A stretch of DNA of 64,000 nucleotides from Leptospira sp. (GTDB lineage: Bacteria; Spirochaetota; Leptospiria; Leptospirales; Leptospiraceae): contig JAWXAQ010000033.1 in the NCBI GenBank assembly GCA_034439575.1, positions 64,001-128,000 on the forward strand, written 5' to 3'. The notes under the pieces are model-generated. The model was not told the DNA's origin, searched no databases, and worked only from the letters and a program-made list of their open reading frames with translations. Below, in pieces: positions 50,250 through 59,859 of the stretch. Positions within the stretch are counted from its first letter, which is position 1. Every line of letters starts with the position of its first letter. A program made the translations under genes and the position numbers.

Positions 50250-51245
50250 ATGGAAAAATTGCAAAAGAATTTGGGGAATTTTTACGCATTAGCGTTCTCT
50301 TTATTAATGTTCACTTTGTGCGCTACTCTCTTAGATGAGAATGGAAAATTTTCTCCGTTTGGTGGGGAAGTGACAAATGCCAATGTTTCATTGGATATTC
50401 CAGCCGGCGCTGTTTCAGAAAATACAAATTTTTCTGTCAGTTTACAATATTTTTCGGAATCGGATGTTCCAGGAATAACTCAAGTCGCTTCCAAAGTTGT
50501 TTTAAAACCCGAAGGTTTAACATTTGCTAAGCCAGAAACTCTCACAATTAAATATGATTCCAAATTGGTAAATTCACAATTACAGTATGAATTAAATCAA
50601 ATTTATTTTCATAAGCCAGCTTCAAATGAATGGGAACAACAAATAACGACAGTCGATAATGTCCTTGGGAAACTTATTACCGAGTTATCTCACTTTTCTA
50701 CTTACTGCGCCTTGCATGTAATTATAGAAAAGATTGTGAGCAGAATCTTAACTGATTCCCCTCTCGGTGATCCACTATTATCAACATTTAGTACTGATGA
50801 CTTTGACCAAGATGGGGCAAGAAATAGTTCGGATACAAAACTATCTCGGCAGACCGCAATACAGTCACGTACACAAATGAATTTACTTTAGATTCAGATA
50901 CAAATTATGGTTTTTATATCAATGGCATATCTGATGAAATTGGAAATCTGCAGCCTTGTTATCGTATGTTGGTTGTTACCGTTAACCATTCCGATTGATG
51001 ATTACCAACCTAGTCCATGCTTTGGCTATCCAGCAGACTACTCAAACGCAAGACAACCAACTTCGTTCACTTCTTATAGTTGTAATGAAAACAATACATC
51101 GACAAACTTAACCATTGATACGCTATCAACTTCTCCTTCCTTCATTGATTTAAATGGGAAAGAGTTCCGTTTCTCTGGTCAGACGAGTCATGGACTGTAT
51201 TCTAGTTATCCAATATCACCTAGGTCTAACGAGTGTTCAAATTAA
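50250..51245 (+). pseudogene. Probable frameshifted surface-protein gene (ZU5-like + DxDxDG + Ig-like fragments)
   Basis: ORF 50250-50891 has a ZU5-like block (LDIPAGAV...LKPEGLTFAKP...HFSTY). A start-less open frame at 50828-50998 encodes an Ig-like tail (TVTYTNEFTLDSDTNYGFYINGISDEIGNL). The original frame then resumes to 51245. Confidence 0.55.
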
Positions 51246-51246
51246 T

Positions 51247-52647
51247 ATGAAAAATCTATTATCAATTTTATTAATACTAATATTCAGTTTATCATGTAAA
51301 AAAGATGATAACGAAAAAAATGAAGCCCTTCTATGGGCATTGTTTGCTTCTCTATCTCAAAATATTTCTTTTAAGCTAGACGAAACAAATGCTTCTCCTA
51401 CATCGCAAAGAGGGATAACTGCACAACAAAGAGCTATCCTCCCTTCCAAATTTCAGGATGCCTTGCCTACGGAAATCATACCCATTAAGGATTTCAGCAT
51501 AGACATTGTGAAACTCTTTTTGTGGAAATCTCCCTCTAATGGTGGAGTGCCTTCGGGAAGTGAAACGAAGGACAATGCCGACAAAGTGATATTAGATATT
51601 GGTAAGGAAGTGTTAGGTGAACGTATGGCTGGCAAAAGTTCACTCTCTTTTTTTCAAGGTCCATTAATTGGAAACGAAGCGATGATTGCCGTGACAAACA
51701 GCGATAATGTAACGAAAATATTATCAGTGGATCAGAGTTGGAAAGACACAACTTTTGATCGTATGGGAATTGAATTTAGTTCCATCACATACTTGTTAAA
51801 AAATGAAAAACTTAGCTCACCGAAAGACGCACTGGTCACATTGAATACAATCCTCATCGATTCGAATTCCTACTCGGATGGTTCTTCAACCGCGGAACAA
51901 ATTCAAATGATCAATAATGAGGGTACTGCGCTTATCAAACTGACTCCTGTAGATTCAATTCTAAGTTATACTGCATCAGGAATTTCGATAGAAGATAAAC
52001 CTTGCCAATTTGTATCTTATGCTAATGCCTATATGAAGAATGAGATGACCTCCGATAGACAAAAATTGAGCTGTGGTACTTTCCAGGGAAGACTTCCAAT
52101 CCAAAAACAATCAGGTTCGGTGACTCATCCAGGATCTAACGATACTGTCGTATTCCCAAGTTTGACTAATGCTCCTACTTTTAATGAAACAGAGTTGAGT
52201 CAATTTCGTAGTTCAAGAACGAGACCTCTTCCTTTTATGAAAGACACCCTGAAAGAAAGCCTTGCAAAATGGGAAATTAGAGAAGACAGCCCAGAATATA
52301 AATCGAATATTTGGGCGCAAAATCGGATCATAGTGTTAAATCTTCCAGCTAATAGAAGCAAAGCGGAAATCAAAATAGATTCTTCTATTGGAATGGTTTT
52401 TCAAACGCAAACTTCAGGCGGAAAATTTGAACCAAACGAGGTTCCTAAATTGGTGACATCATTTTCTTCTGGAACAAATAGAGATTGGAGCAATGCGACT
52501 CTCTCTCTAGATTCCATATGGCGCGCAACCTACGGCGAAGATTATTCTACTTGGTCATATGCACCCAAAAATGGTAACCAGCCCGATCCAGCTAACGGGC
52601 GTGACTTTGGATATTTTTTGCCGAAGTTCAGTGTGAGTTCAGAGTAA
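51247..52647 (+). CDS. Hypothetical lipoprotein
   Basis: MKNLLSILLILIFSLS-CKKDD is a spirochaetal lipoprotein signal at ATG 51247. Confidence 0.8.
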   Translation: MKNLLSILLILIFSLSCKKDDNEKNEALLWALFASLSQNISFKLDETNASPTSQRGITAQQRAILPSKFQDALPTEIIPIKDFSIDIVKLFLWKSPSNGGVPSGSETKDNADKVILDIGKEVLGERMAGKSSLSFFQGPLIGNEAMIAVTNSDNVTKILSVDQSWKDTTFDRMGIEFSSITYLLKNEKLSSPKDALVTLNTILIDSNSYSDGSSTAEQIQMINNEGTALIKLTPVDSILSYTASGISIEDKPCQFVSYANAYMKNEMTSDRQKLSCGTFQGRLPIQKQSGSVTHPGSNDTVVFPSLTNAPTFNETELSQFRSSRTRPLPFMKDTLKESLAKWEIREDSPEYKSNIWAQNRIIVLNLPANRSKAEIKIDSSIGMVFQTQTSGGKFEPNEVPKLVTSFSSGTNRDWSNATLSLDSIWRATYGEDYSTWSYAPKNGNQPDPANGRDFGYFLPKFSVSSE

Positions 52648-52686
52648 TCGCTTGCCCCCCATGGAAGATTTTATAAAAAAGTCAGT

Positions 52687-53394
52687 ATGATTCGAATCAT
52701 TCTATTTTCAATAGTATCGTTTATGGTTTCATGTAACAGTTTAGGTATTAAACTCAATGAAACCAATCTCCTTCCTGAAATAAATGAACAAACCTGTAAT
52801 CGTGAAAAGCAGATTCGTTTTTATAGAATCCTTTTTTTATTACCGTTTTATAAATCTGATTTGGATGAATTAAATCAGAAGGAACAAAAAGTATTATATA
52901 AAATCAATGAATATGCTAAACCATATGATATCGGTTTTACGATTTTAGGATTTTTATTTTCCCTAAATTCATCGACATATATATACGAATATTGTAATGA
53001 GGCTGATGCAAAAAAACTTAATTTTAATTCTAAAAATGATACCTTAGCATTACCATATTTTACTCCGTCACAAGGTTTCATTCCTGCGGAACAGATTCTT
53101 TTCCCCAAAGACGATTTTACCTTAGCCGAAAACGAAAAATTGAAATTAATCAAATTTGCCCAAAGTATTCTAAAAGCGGAGACTAAGTTACAAATTTTGT
53201 TAGTCGGAAAATCAAATACATCGGGTGATATTGCGTATCAGACACGTCTTGTAAAACGAAGAGCCGATGAGATCAAATCAGTTTTTGTGGCTGAGTCAAT
53301 ATCCGAAGAGAGACTGCATTTAGTTTTCTCTGATAAAGATTTTGGTAGCACAGACTCGTTATCTACAATTTCGATCTTTATTATTAAAGAGTAA
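52687..53394 (+). CDS. Lipoprotein with degenerate OmpA-like C-terminal domain
   Basis: Lipobox MVS-C; ILFPKDDFTL...LLVGKSNTSG...LVKRRADEIKSVF pattern. Confidence 0.7.
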   Translation: MIRIILFSIVSFMVSCNSLGIKLNETNLLPEINEQTCNREKQIRFYRILFLLPFYKSDLDELNQKEQKVLYKINEYAKPYDIGFTILGFLFSLNSSTYIYEYCNEADAKKLNFNSKNDTLALPYFTPSQGFIPAEQILFPKDDFTLAENEKLKLIKFAQSILKAETKLQILLVGKSNTSGDIAYQTRLVKRRADEIKSVFVAESISEERLHLVFSDKDFGSTDSLSTISIFIIKE

Positions 53395-53398
53395 AGTT

Positions 53399-53821
53399 TT
53401 GTTAGGTGATAGGGAGATATTTACACCGGAAGGTGGCCCCCCACAGGCCGTTCCGGGTCTTCAGGAAATTTATTCGGAATGGGGAGAAGAGGGGATACGA
53501 AATCTTGTCTCCTCTTTTTATGATCGAATACCTTTATCAAAAATTGCACATATGTTCCCGGAAGATCTATCTCTCGCCAAACAAAAGCAAGGTGATTTTT
53601 TGATTCAAGTAACCGGAGGCCCTCCTAATTATAGTCAAAAATGGGGACCACCAAAGATGAGGATGCGACATTTCCCTTTTGAAATCAATAATGAGTCTCG
53701 TGAAGAATGGCTCAGATGTTACTTGCTAAGTTTGAATGAATTTGAATTTTCATCCGATTCCAAAAAGATCTTTTATTTATTTTTGGAACAGTTCAGTTTA
53801 TGGATGGTTAATAAACGTTAG
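53399..53821 (+). CDS. Truncated (2/2) hemoglobin, group II-like
   Basis: GEEGIRNLVSSFY, MFP.DL, GGPPNY, PKMRMRHFPFEI and EWL.C; TTG 53399 is a plausible start. Confidence 0.85.
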   Translation: MLGDREIFTPEGGPPQAVPGLQEIYSEWGEEGIRNLVSSFYDRIPLSKIAHMFPEDLSLAKQKQGDFLIQVTGGPPNYSQKWGPPKMRMRHFPFEINNESREEWLRCYLLSLNEFEFSSDSKKIFYLFLEQFSLWMVNKR

Positions 53822-54747
53822 GCTGTTTCAAGTAATTTTAATATTACGGCTTTTTGAGCATCCAGCCTATTTTCTGCCTGCGTGAAGATGATCGATCTTT
53901 CACTTTTTACCACTTCCCTTGTGATTTCATAACCATCGTGTATTGGCATATCATGCATTATTTTTGCTTTCGTATGTTTCAATAGATCTTTATTTACTTG
54001 GTAGGGCATCATAAGCGAAATTCTTTCTTCTTTCTCTTTTTTGAATTCGGGGTCGTTGAAAAATTCCATATCAACCCAAGTATCCGTATAAATATAATCA
54101 GCATCGCTAACAGCCACTTTCACATCATTTTCCCATGACAATGTTTTTTTAGTAAGGCCACGTTTTATGACTTCCTTAACTTTTGATTCTTCTGTTGCTA
54201 TGGGAGTAACTAGCGTAAGGTGAATTCCGAGAGCTGCTGTAATTCCAATAAGTGAGTTTACAACATTATTGTGTACTCCGATATAACATATCTTAGTTTT
54301 TTTCCAGTCGTTTGGTCGATCTATGGCAATAGTTAAAATATCCGCCAATGCTTGGCATGGATGAAATAAATTACAACAACCATTGATGACAGGAACTTGT
54401 GAGCCTTCCCTCAGAATCAATAGATCCTCATTTTTTTTCAAACGAGCCATGATGATGGAAACATTTCGTGAAAGATATTCGGCTTCAAAATCTATATCTG
54501 ATAAAGAAAAGTTAGAAGACATCCAATCCAAAAATATGGCATGGCCTCCGAGTTCTGTCATTCCAGCTTCGAAGGAGACTCTAGTCCTTGTGGAAGTTTT
54601 TTGAAATAACATCGCCATTGATCGTCCAGCCATATGGCCAGAAAAATAGACTCGATTGCGTTTTACATATATTGCAAAGTTGAGAAGTTCCTCGATATCC
54701 GAATCAGCCCAATCCTTCCATGAGATTAAATGTTTTATCTGAGACAT
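53818..54747 (-). CDS. argF: Ornithine carbamoyltransferase
   Basis: STRTR, HPCQALAD, YTDTW, HDMP and QAENRL. Confidence 0.93.
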   Translation of the reverse strand: MSQIKHLISWKDWADSDIEELLNFAIYVKRNRVYFSGHMAGRSMAMLFQKTSTRTRVSFEAGMTELGGHAIFLDWMSSNFSLSDIDFEAEYLSRNVSIIMARLKKNEDLLILREGSQVPVINGCCNLFHPCQALADILTIAIDRPNDWKKTKICYIGVHNNVVNSLIGITAALGIHLTLVTPIATEESKVKEVIKRGLTKKTLSWENDVKVAVSDADYIYTDTWVDMEFFNDPEFKKEKEERISLMMPYQVNKDLLKHTKAKIMHDMPIHDGYEITREVVKSERSIIFTQAENRLDAQKAVILKLLETA

Positions 54748-54806
54748 AGCTTTTGCCTATAGTTAATATCGGCATCTGCGAACTGGTATTGGAGAACAAA
54801 GATTAG

Positions 54807-54841
54807 AAAAAAGACTAGAGCATCAATCCGAAACTCTAGTC
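54807..54841 (-). terminator. Intrinsic terminator of the PilZ gene
   Basis: Minus strand reads GACTAGAG-N13-CTCTAGTC followed by T6. Confidence 0.75.
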
Positions 54842-54852
54842 CTTTGTATGTT

Positions 54853-55191
54853 TTAAGCGGCTGCCATAGAGCGAGCGATCAATACATCCGGTAGTAAAAG
54901 TTCTTCGGAGAATTTCAGACCGAATTGCAATCCGATATCTGTTTCTTTTGTCCAAACAACTTTGCCACTGTATTTGATTTTGCACCTTGTCAGTTCACTT
55001 TCGATTTGGCCAGTCAAGATATCTTTTTCTTTGATTTCTGTTCCTAGCTCTATCATTCCGCTGAGACCCAATTCAGAAATATTGTCCACTGATGCAAGGA
55101 GGTACTCAGGCGTTTCATTGAGGGTATAGACTTTCAAAAGGAAGTCATCCCATGCCCCTGCGATTCTTTCTTTTTGTCGAGATTCTATCAT
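54853..55191 (-). CDS. Stand-alone PilZ-domain protein
   Basis: RQKER (RxxxR) and NISELG (D/NxSxxG) c-di-GMP motifs; GKVVW and FGLKF. Confidence 0.85.
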   Translation of the reverse strand: MIESRQKERIAGAWDDFLLKVYTLNETPEYLLASVDNISELGLSGMIELGTEIKEKDILTGQIESELTRCKIKYSGKVVWTKETDIGLQFGLKFSEELLLPDVLIARSMAAA

Positions 55192-55218
55192 AAATCATCT
55201 CCTAGATATGATACTATG

Positions 55219-55235
55219 TGCATAAAGCGTGCCAA
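55219..55235 (-). promoter_or_regulatory. Sigma-54 (-24/-12) promoter
   Basis: Minus strand reads TTGGCACGCTTTATGCA, with GG-N10-GC spacing, 27 nt upstream of the PilZ ATG. Confidence 0.8.
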
Positions 55236-55356
55236 CTTGCAAAATGGATGAATGAAATCTTCATGAAACCGAAAAATCATAGGTTTGCCTTACATTGCCG
55301 AGCTTCAGAACAGTGATCTTTTCCTTTTTGAGCAATATGTACGTAAAATAGACACT

Positions 55357-55388
55357 TTAAGTAGAATCTAAAAAAAGAATTAGTCTAA
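55357..55388. promoter_or_regulatory. Candidate PerR-type operator upstream of ccp
   Basis: Shares AATCTAAAAAAAG-N5-GTCTAA with 38715-38738. Confidence 0.5.
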
Positions 55389-55448
55389 ATACATTTCACT
55401 TGAAAAAAGGGATAGGGGATCAAGGATTTGTTTAATGGAGAAATTTAT

Positions 55449-56435
55449 ATGAACAAAAATAAATTTGCTATTTCTTTCGTATTACTATCGTTAATTGGTA
55501 TCGTCGCGTGTGGCCCTTCACAAGAGACGAAAGATTTGCAACTTAAAGCAAAACAAATGCTAGGTGCTTTGCCAAACAAAATGCCTGGTTCTGAAAAAGA
55601 TTCAGAAGCACTTATTTCTCTAGGTAAGAAACTTTACTTCGAGAAAAAACTTTCACAAAACAATACACAATCTTGTAATTCCTGTCATAACGTAGAAGGC
55701 AAGGCGGCTGGTGTAGATAATTTGCCAACTTCACCTGGTGCATTCGGAAAAAATGGGGATAGGAACTCTCCAACTGTATTGAATGCAGGATTCCATTTTG
55801 CGCAATTTTGGGATGGTAGGGCGCCCGATTTGAAAGCCCAAGCTAAAGGCCCTATCCTAAATCCTGTAGAAATGGCGATGCCTTCCGAAGCAGAAGTAAT
55901 TAAAAGACTGAAAGAAGATGCAGAATACCCTGCACTTTTCTCTAAAGCATTTCCAAATGCTCAGGATGCAGTTACGTATGACAATCTTGCCGAATCTATT
56001 GCCGCGTTTGAAAGAACCCTTATTTCTTCTTCTCGATTTGATGATTTTGTAAAGGGAGATCATTCAGCATTAAGTGCAGACGAACAAGCAGGCTTACAAA
56101 CTTTTATCACGGCTGGATGTACTTCTTGCCATAGTGGAAATTTGCTCGGTGGAAATTCTTATCGCAAACTTGGACAAGTAAATCCTTACGAAACAGCGGA
56201 TCTCGGGCGATTCAATGTGACTAAAGATCCAAGTGACAAATACTTTTTTAAAGTTCCTTCTCTCCGAAATATAGCTCTAACAGGGCCGTATTTTCATGAT
56301 GGAAAAGTAGCTAGTTTGGAAGATGCAGTGAAAAAGATGGCATACCACCAATTGGGTCAAACCCTTTCCGAAACAGACACAAACAAAATTGTTAAGTTCT
56401 TGGGATCACTTTCTGATAAAACAAAAGTGAATTAA
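55449..56435 (+). CDS. ccp: Di-heme cytochrome c peroxidase (lipoprotein)
   Basis: CNSCH and CTSCH heme sites, RNSPTVLNA, QFWDGRA, NPVEM and FKVPSLRN..LTGPYFHDG; GGAG upstream of ATG 55449. Confidence 0.93.
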   Translation: MNKNKFAISFVLLSLIGIVACGPSQETKDLQLKAKQMLGALPNKMPGSEKDSEALISLGKKLYFEKKLSQNNTQSCNSCHNVEGKAAGVDNLPTSPGAFGKNGDRNSPTVLNAGFHFAQFWDGRAPDLKAQAKGPILNPVEMAMPSEAEVIKRLKEDAEYPALFSKAFPNAQDAVTYDNLAESIAAFERTLISSSRFDDFVKGDHSALSADEQAGLQTFITAGCTSCHSGNLLGGNSYRKLGQVNPYETADLGRFNVTKDPSDKYFFKVPSLRNIALTGPYFHDGKVASLEDAVKKMAYHQLGQTLSETDTNKIVKFLGSLSDKTKVN

Positions 56436-56441
56436 TATCTA

Positions 56442-56475
56442 ACGATGCTAGAATTTAGCAAGATTCTGGCATCGT
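56442..56475. terminator. Hairpin between convergent ccp and tetR
   Basis: ACGATGCTAGAAT-N8-ATTCTGGCATCGT followed by ATTTT. Confidence 0.7.
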
Positions 56476-56478
56476 ATT

Positions 56479-57126
56479 TTACCTTTCTTTTTTACCCAAA
56501 TTTCGAATCCCATCTGATATTAAACTTTGAGTGCGGCTATGCCATTTTTCGAGCGAGCTTAAGCGGCGAGCGGGACTCATACGCTCTAAGTCTTTTTTGT
56601 ATTCGGAGGTTGTGAGTTGGCGAAAGGGTAAAATCAGTAAAGCAGCGATGATTTTTGGTTCTGGATCATAATTCTCAAATTCGCCTTCCTCTGTGATCAT
56701 ATCGGCAAGGAGTTTTTCGTAATGGTCCCAAAGTTTCGAGAGTCTAGAATTCAATTCAGCAGATTCCATCGCACGGTGAAATCCTGGAAAGGAATCTAAT
56801 ATGGATTCATTATTTAAGGTATGTATCATTTGCCAAAGGAAGGATTGCATTTCTTCTAGATAGGAAACTCCTTCCTTTCTGTTTCTGAGAGCCTGCAGAA
56901 TTTCTTCACAAAACGTGCTCTCTTCAAAAAACAAAAGATCATCTTTGGAGCGGAAGTAGGTAAAAAGTGTTTTCACAGAGACATTGGCGTGGTCTGCAAT
57001 TTCTGCCACAGTCACATCCGCGAAAGGCCTCTGGCTTAAAAGTTCGCGGGCAGAAGCTGAAATGGCTTCTTTGATCAGGTTTTTCTTTCTTTGTCTAAGT
57101 GGTATTGTTTGGTTCATCTTTGGCAT
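56479..57126 (-). CDS. TetR/AcrR family transcriptional regulator
   Basis: LRQRKK...VTVAEIADHANVSVKTLFTYFRSKDDL helix-turn-helix. Confidence 0.93.
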   Translation of the reverse strand: MPKMNQTIPLRQRKKNLIKEAISASARELLSQRPFADVTVAEIADHANVSVKTLFTYFRSKDDLLFFEESTFCEEILQALRNRKEGVSYLEEMQSFLWQMIHTLNNESILDSFPGFHRAMESAELNSRLSKLWDHYEKLLADMITEEGEFENYDPEPKIIAALLILPFRQLTTSEYKKDLERMSPARRLSSLEKWHSRTQSLISDGIRNLGKKER

Positions 57127-57616
57127 AGAAATTTGATGATAATAGCTCTATATATGATTGAAATCGCAATTTGACAAGGATAAATTCAAACTTAATTTCT
57201 TTTTATAGCTAAAATATATATTTTTTCAATTGATTTTAATCATTTATTTCTTTAAACTTTCACTAATCTTATAACCTAAAAATTTTTCTAAAGCTATGTT
57301 CAAAAAATATAAAATGTAATTATATGAGAATTTACTTTATAATGATAATTACCAAAACTATTGACTATATAAGTAGACTAGATTACTTTATTTAACTAAC
57401 TTAATTAATTTTGACCATTCGTTTATATAATCATTTGATATATAAATAAAGTAACTTAACTAATTGAATTAATTCTAAATTATTCATTCCATTCCTAAAG
57501 GGTGGCTCAATTCGGATCAATTTCAAGTTCCTTGGTTTTTCCTATGTGGGAAAGGAGAAGGGAAAACTCGGAATTTTCCTTTCCTTGCAAGACTCTCAGA
57601 GAATTCTTTCCCTAAT

Positions 57617-58174
57617 ATGTCGCAAACCTTAAGAGACCAAATACTGACTTGGATGAAAACTTATGTATATAGGTTTTCCGAGAAGTCCTTCCTTCTTGCG
57701 AGTGGGAAGGAATCGCAACATTACTTCAATTGCAAAGAAATCACCCTCCATCCAGAAAGATTGGCAGCCCTTACTGATTGTTTTGTGGAAGAACTGATTC
57801 CGAGACTTCCAGGGAATTTTGATTCTTTGGGTGGCCTGACTTTAGGCGCAGACCCTCTAACGTATGCGCTTAGCTTAGCTTACCAAAAACGGGGTCGAAT
57901 TGTTTTTCCATTGGTCGTTCGCAAAGAAGCCAAAGGTCATGGCACAGGACAACAAATTGAAGGATTTTGGAAAGAGGTTAAACAATGTTTGGTGATAGAT
58001 GATGTGATTACAACTGGTGGTTCAACGATTAAGGCAGTGAATGCACTCCGTGCCGCAGGGATTGAAGTAACAAAAGGGATTTGTATATTGGATAGGGAAG
58101 AAGGTGGCAAAGAGGCTTTAGAAAAAATTGGGGTTCACATGGAATCACTTTTCAGAAAGGCTGATTTTCTATAA
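57617..58174 (+). CDS. pyrE: Orotate phosphoribosyltransferase
   Basis: LASGKES..Y, GGLTLGADP, VRKEAKGHG and VIDDVITTGGS. Confidence 0.95.
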   Translation: MSQTLRDQILTWMKTYVYRFSEKSFLLASGKESQHYFNCKEITLHPERLAALTDCFVEELIPRLPGNFDSLGGLTLGADPLTYALSLAYQKRGRIVFPLVVRKEAKGHGTGQQIEGFWKEVKQCLVIDDVITTGGSTIKAVNALRAAGIEVTKGICILDREEGGKEALEKIGVHMESLFRKADFL

Positions 58175-58923
58175 TGGATAAAAAAACATTTTTCTATAAT
58201 ACCGAATTATTTCGTAAAAAACTTTTAATACGCACAAGTATCGTTGTCGGGATGTTCGTTCTATTTTTAGCGTTTAATACGTATCAGTTGCCAGTTTCGG
58301 AACGTGGGAAATTTCTTATGATTTTTGCGCCCTTATTACTTTTATTGATTTGGTTTTTACAAAAAAATTATTCAAAACAAATTGAAATCCTATCAAAAGG
58401 CCGTGTTGAAATCGAGGGCGGCATGTTAAAACAATTTGATTCCTATGGAAGTTGTGCAGCGATTCGAATTAAAGATATTGAACGCATTACACATGATAAA
58501 TTTAGGTCTTATGACCGATTGGTTTTGGAAACGAAAGAAAAAGTCTATCCTATCGTGAATATGGCAACTTTTACAGAGTTTAAATCTTATATTGAATCAA
58601 TGTCAGGGAAATCTTCCGAAGTGGATTCTAGCGAAATAAATTATTTTAGTCTTCGTAGTTTTTTGTTTTTTTTACCCAGTATGATTTTTGTTAGTTTAAC
58701 ATTCTTAACTCAAATTTCAACAATTTATCCATTCTTTAATCAAGATACAGCGATGTTGTTTTTTAATGTGAATCTTATCATTTTCTTTCTCTATTTACCT
58801 GAGAAAAAAAACTATATAAATGTAGGCTTTTCTTTCAAAAGAAGAATGGTCTTTATATCAATGATGGTTTTTTTCTTTCAAGTATACACAAATCTCAAAA
58901 AATCAGGATTCTTTGAAAAATAG
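58174..58923 (+). CDS. Hypothetical membrane protein
   Basis: Several hydrophobic segments; TAATG coupling to pyrE. Confidence 0.75.
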   Translation: MDKKTFFYNTELFRKKLLIRTSIVVGMFVLFLAFNTYQLPVSERGKFLMIFAPLLLLLIWFLQKNYSKQIEILSKGRVEIEGGMLKQFDSYGSCAAIRIKDIERITHDKFRSYDRLVLETKEKVYPIVNMATFTEFKSYIESMSGKSSEVDSSEINYFSLRSFLFFLPSMIFVSLTFLTQISTIYPFFNQDTAMLFFNVNLIIFFLYLPEKKNYINVGFSFKRRMVFISMMVFFFQVYTNLKKSGFFEK

Positions 58924-58924
58924 T

Positions 58925-59827
58925 CTAATTTGCCTTTGATTGTATACCTTGGCGAAGCATATTCAATTTTGCTTGAGTATATCTTCTTAGTTCGATCATA
59001 TCTTCTTGGTATCGTTTTAAAATGCGATCTTCGTTAGTCCTTGTTTCCATAAGCATGATGGTATCTCGAACATACTTTAACTCTTTCTCATCCTTGATTT
59101 TACCTGTTTGGATTAATTTTCTAATCACATCAAATTCATATTTTCGAAAATGAACGCGTAACAAGAATTCAACTGAGAAATTTTGAGTCGCTTTGGACCA
59201 ACTAGGATCAATTTTTTCTTTAACAACTTCTTTGATTTGGTCTGCTGCTCTTTTTGTATCACTAAAAGTATTTGTAGTAGCAGCCATTTCTTCAATAGCA
59301 CCATCCTCACTACTATAAATTTCTTGTAGTTTGTTACGTTTCCATTGGTCAGTGTATTCGAATCCGGTAGAAGTTAATATTCGAGAATACTCTTCCAACA
59401 TGACTACGATGTTGATCGCTCTACCTAGTGGTGTGTTATTGTATTCTTTAATTTTGGGAAAAAGTTCACGCGAGATTTGGAAAGAGGATTTTCTTTTGTA
59501 ATTACTAGATTCGTATAATCTTTCAAGATTTTGTTCGGCTTCACGCTTTAAATCATTTATGATGGCGATTTCTGTCGTGACGTAAACTTCTTCACCATAA
59601 ACAAATAAATTTGGATCTGGTGCTACGATACTTATGATAAATATATAATGACTATCTCTAAGAGCTAAGAGTAGTTTGCGAATTTCATCTTCACTTCTAC
59701 TGAAATGAGAAGACCAGACTCGAACAAAAGTATCTGAACCTGGAATTTTATCTTTGCTTTCTGTATTTTCTTTTTTTATAGATTCTGCAAGTTCAAGCGC
59801 AACTTTGATCGATCCTGCCATGGACAA
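58925..59827 (-). CDS. Hypothetical cytoplasmic protein
   Basis: 300-aa ORF following the ABC permease; no motif recognised. Confidence 0.75.
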   Translation of the reverse strand: MSMAGSIKVALELAESIKKENTESKDKIPGSDTFVRVWSSHFSRSEDEIRKLLLALRDSHYIFIISIVAPDPNLFVYGEEVYVTTEIAIINDLKREAEQNLERLYESSNYKRKSSFQISRELFPKIKEYNNTPLGRAINIVVMLEEYSRILTSTGFEYTDQWKRNKLQEIYSSEDGAIEEMAATTNTFSDTKRAADQIKEVVKEKIDPSWSKATQNFSVEFLLRVHFRKYEFDVIRKLIQTGKIKDEKELKYVRDTIMLMETRTNEDRILKRYQEDMIELRRYTQAKLNMLRQGIQSKAN

Positions 59828-59859
59828 AATGTATTGGTTTAGTATTTCATTGTAAAGAA

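Noticed and set aside
57499-57535. tRNA-like start (GGGTGGCTCAATTCGG)
   Set aside because: No D-stem closure, anticodon arm, TTCGA loop or acceptor stem.
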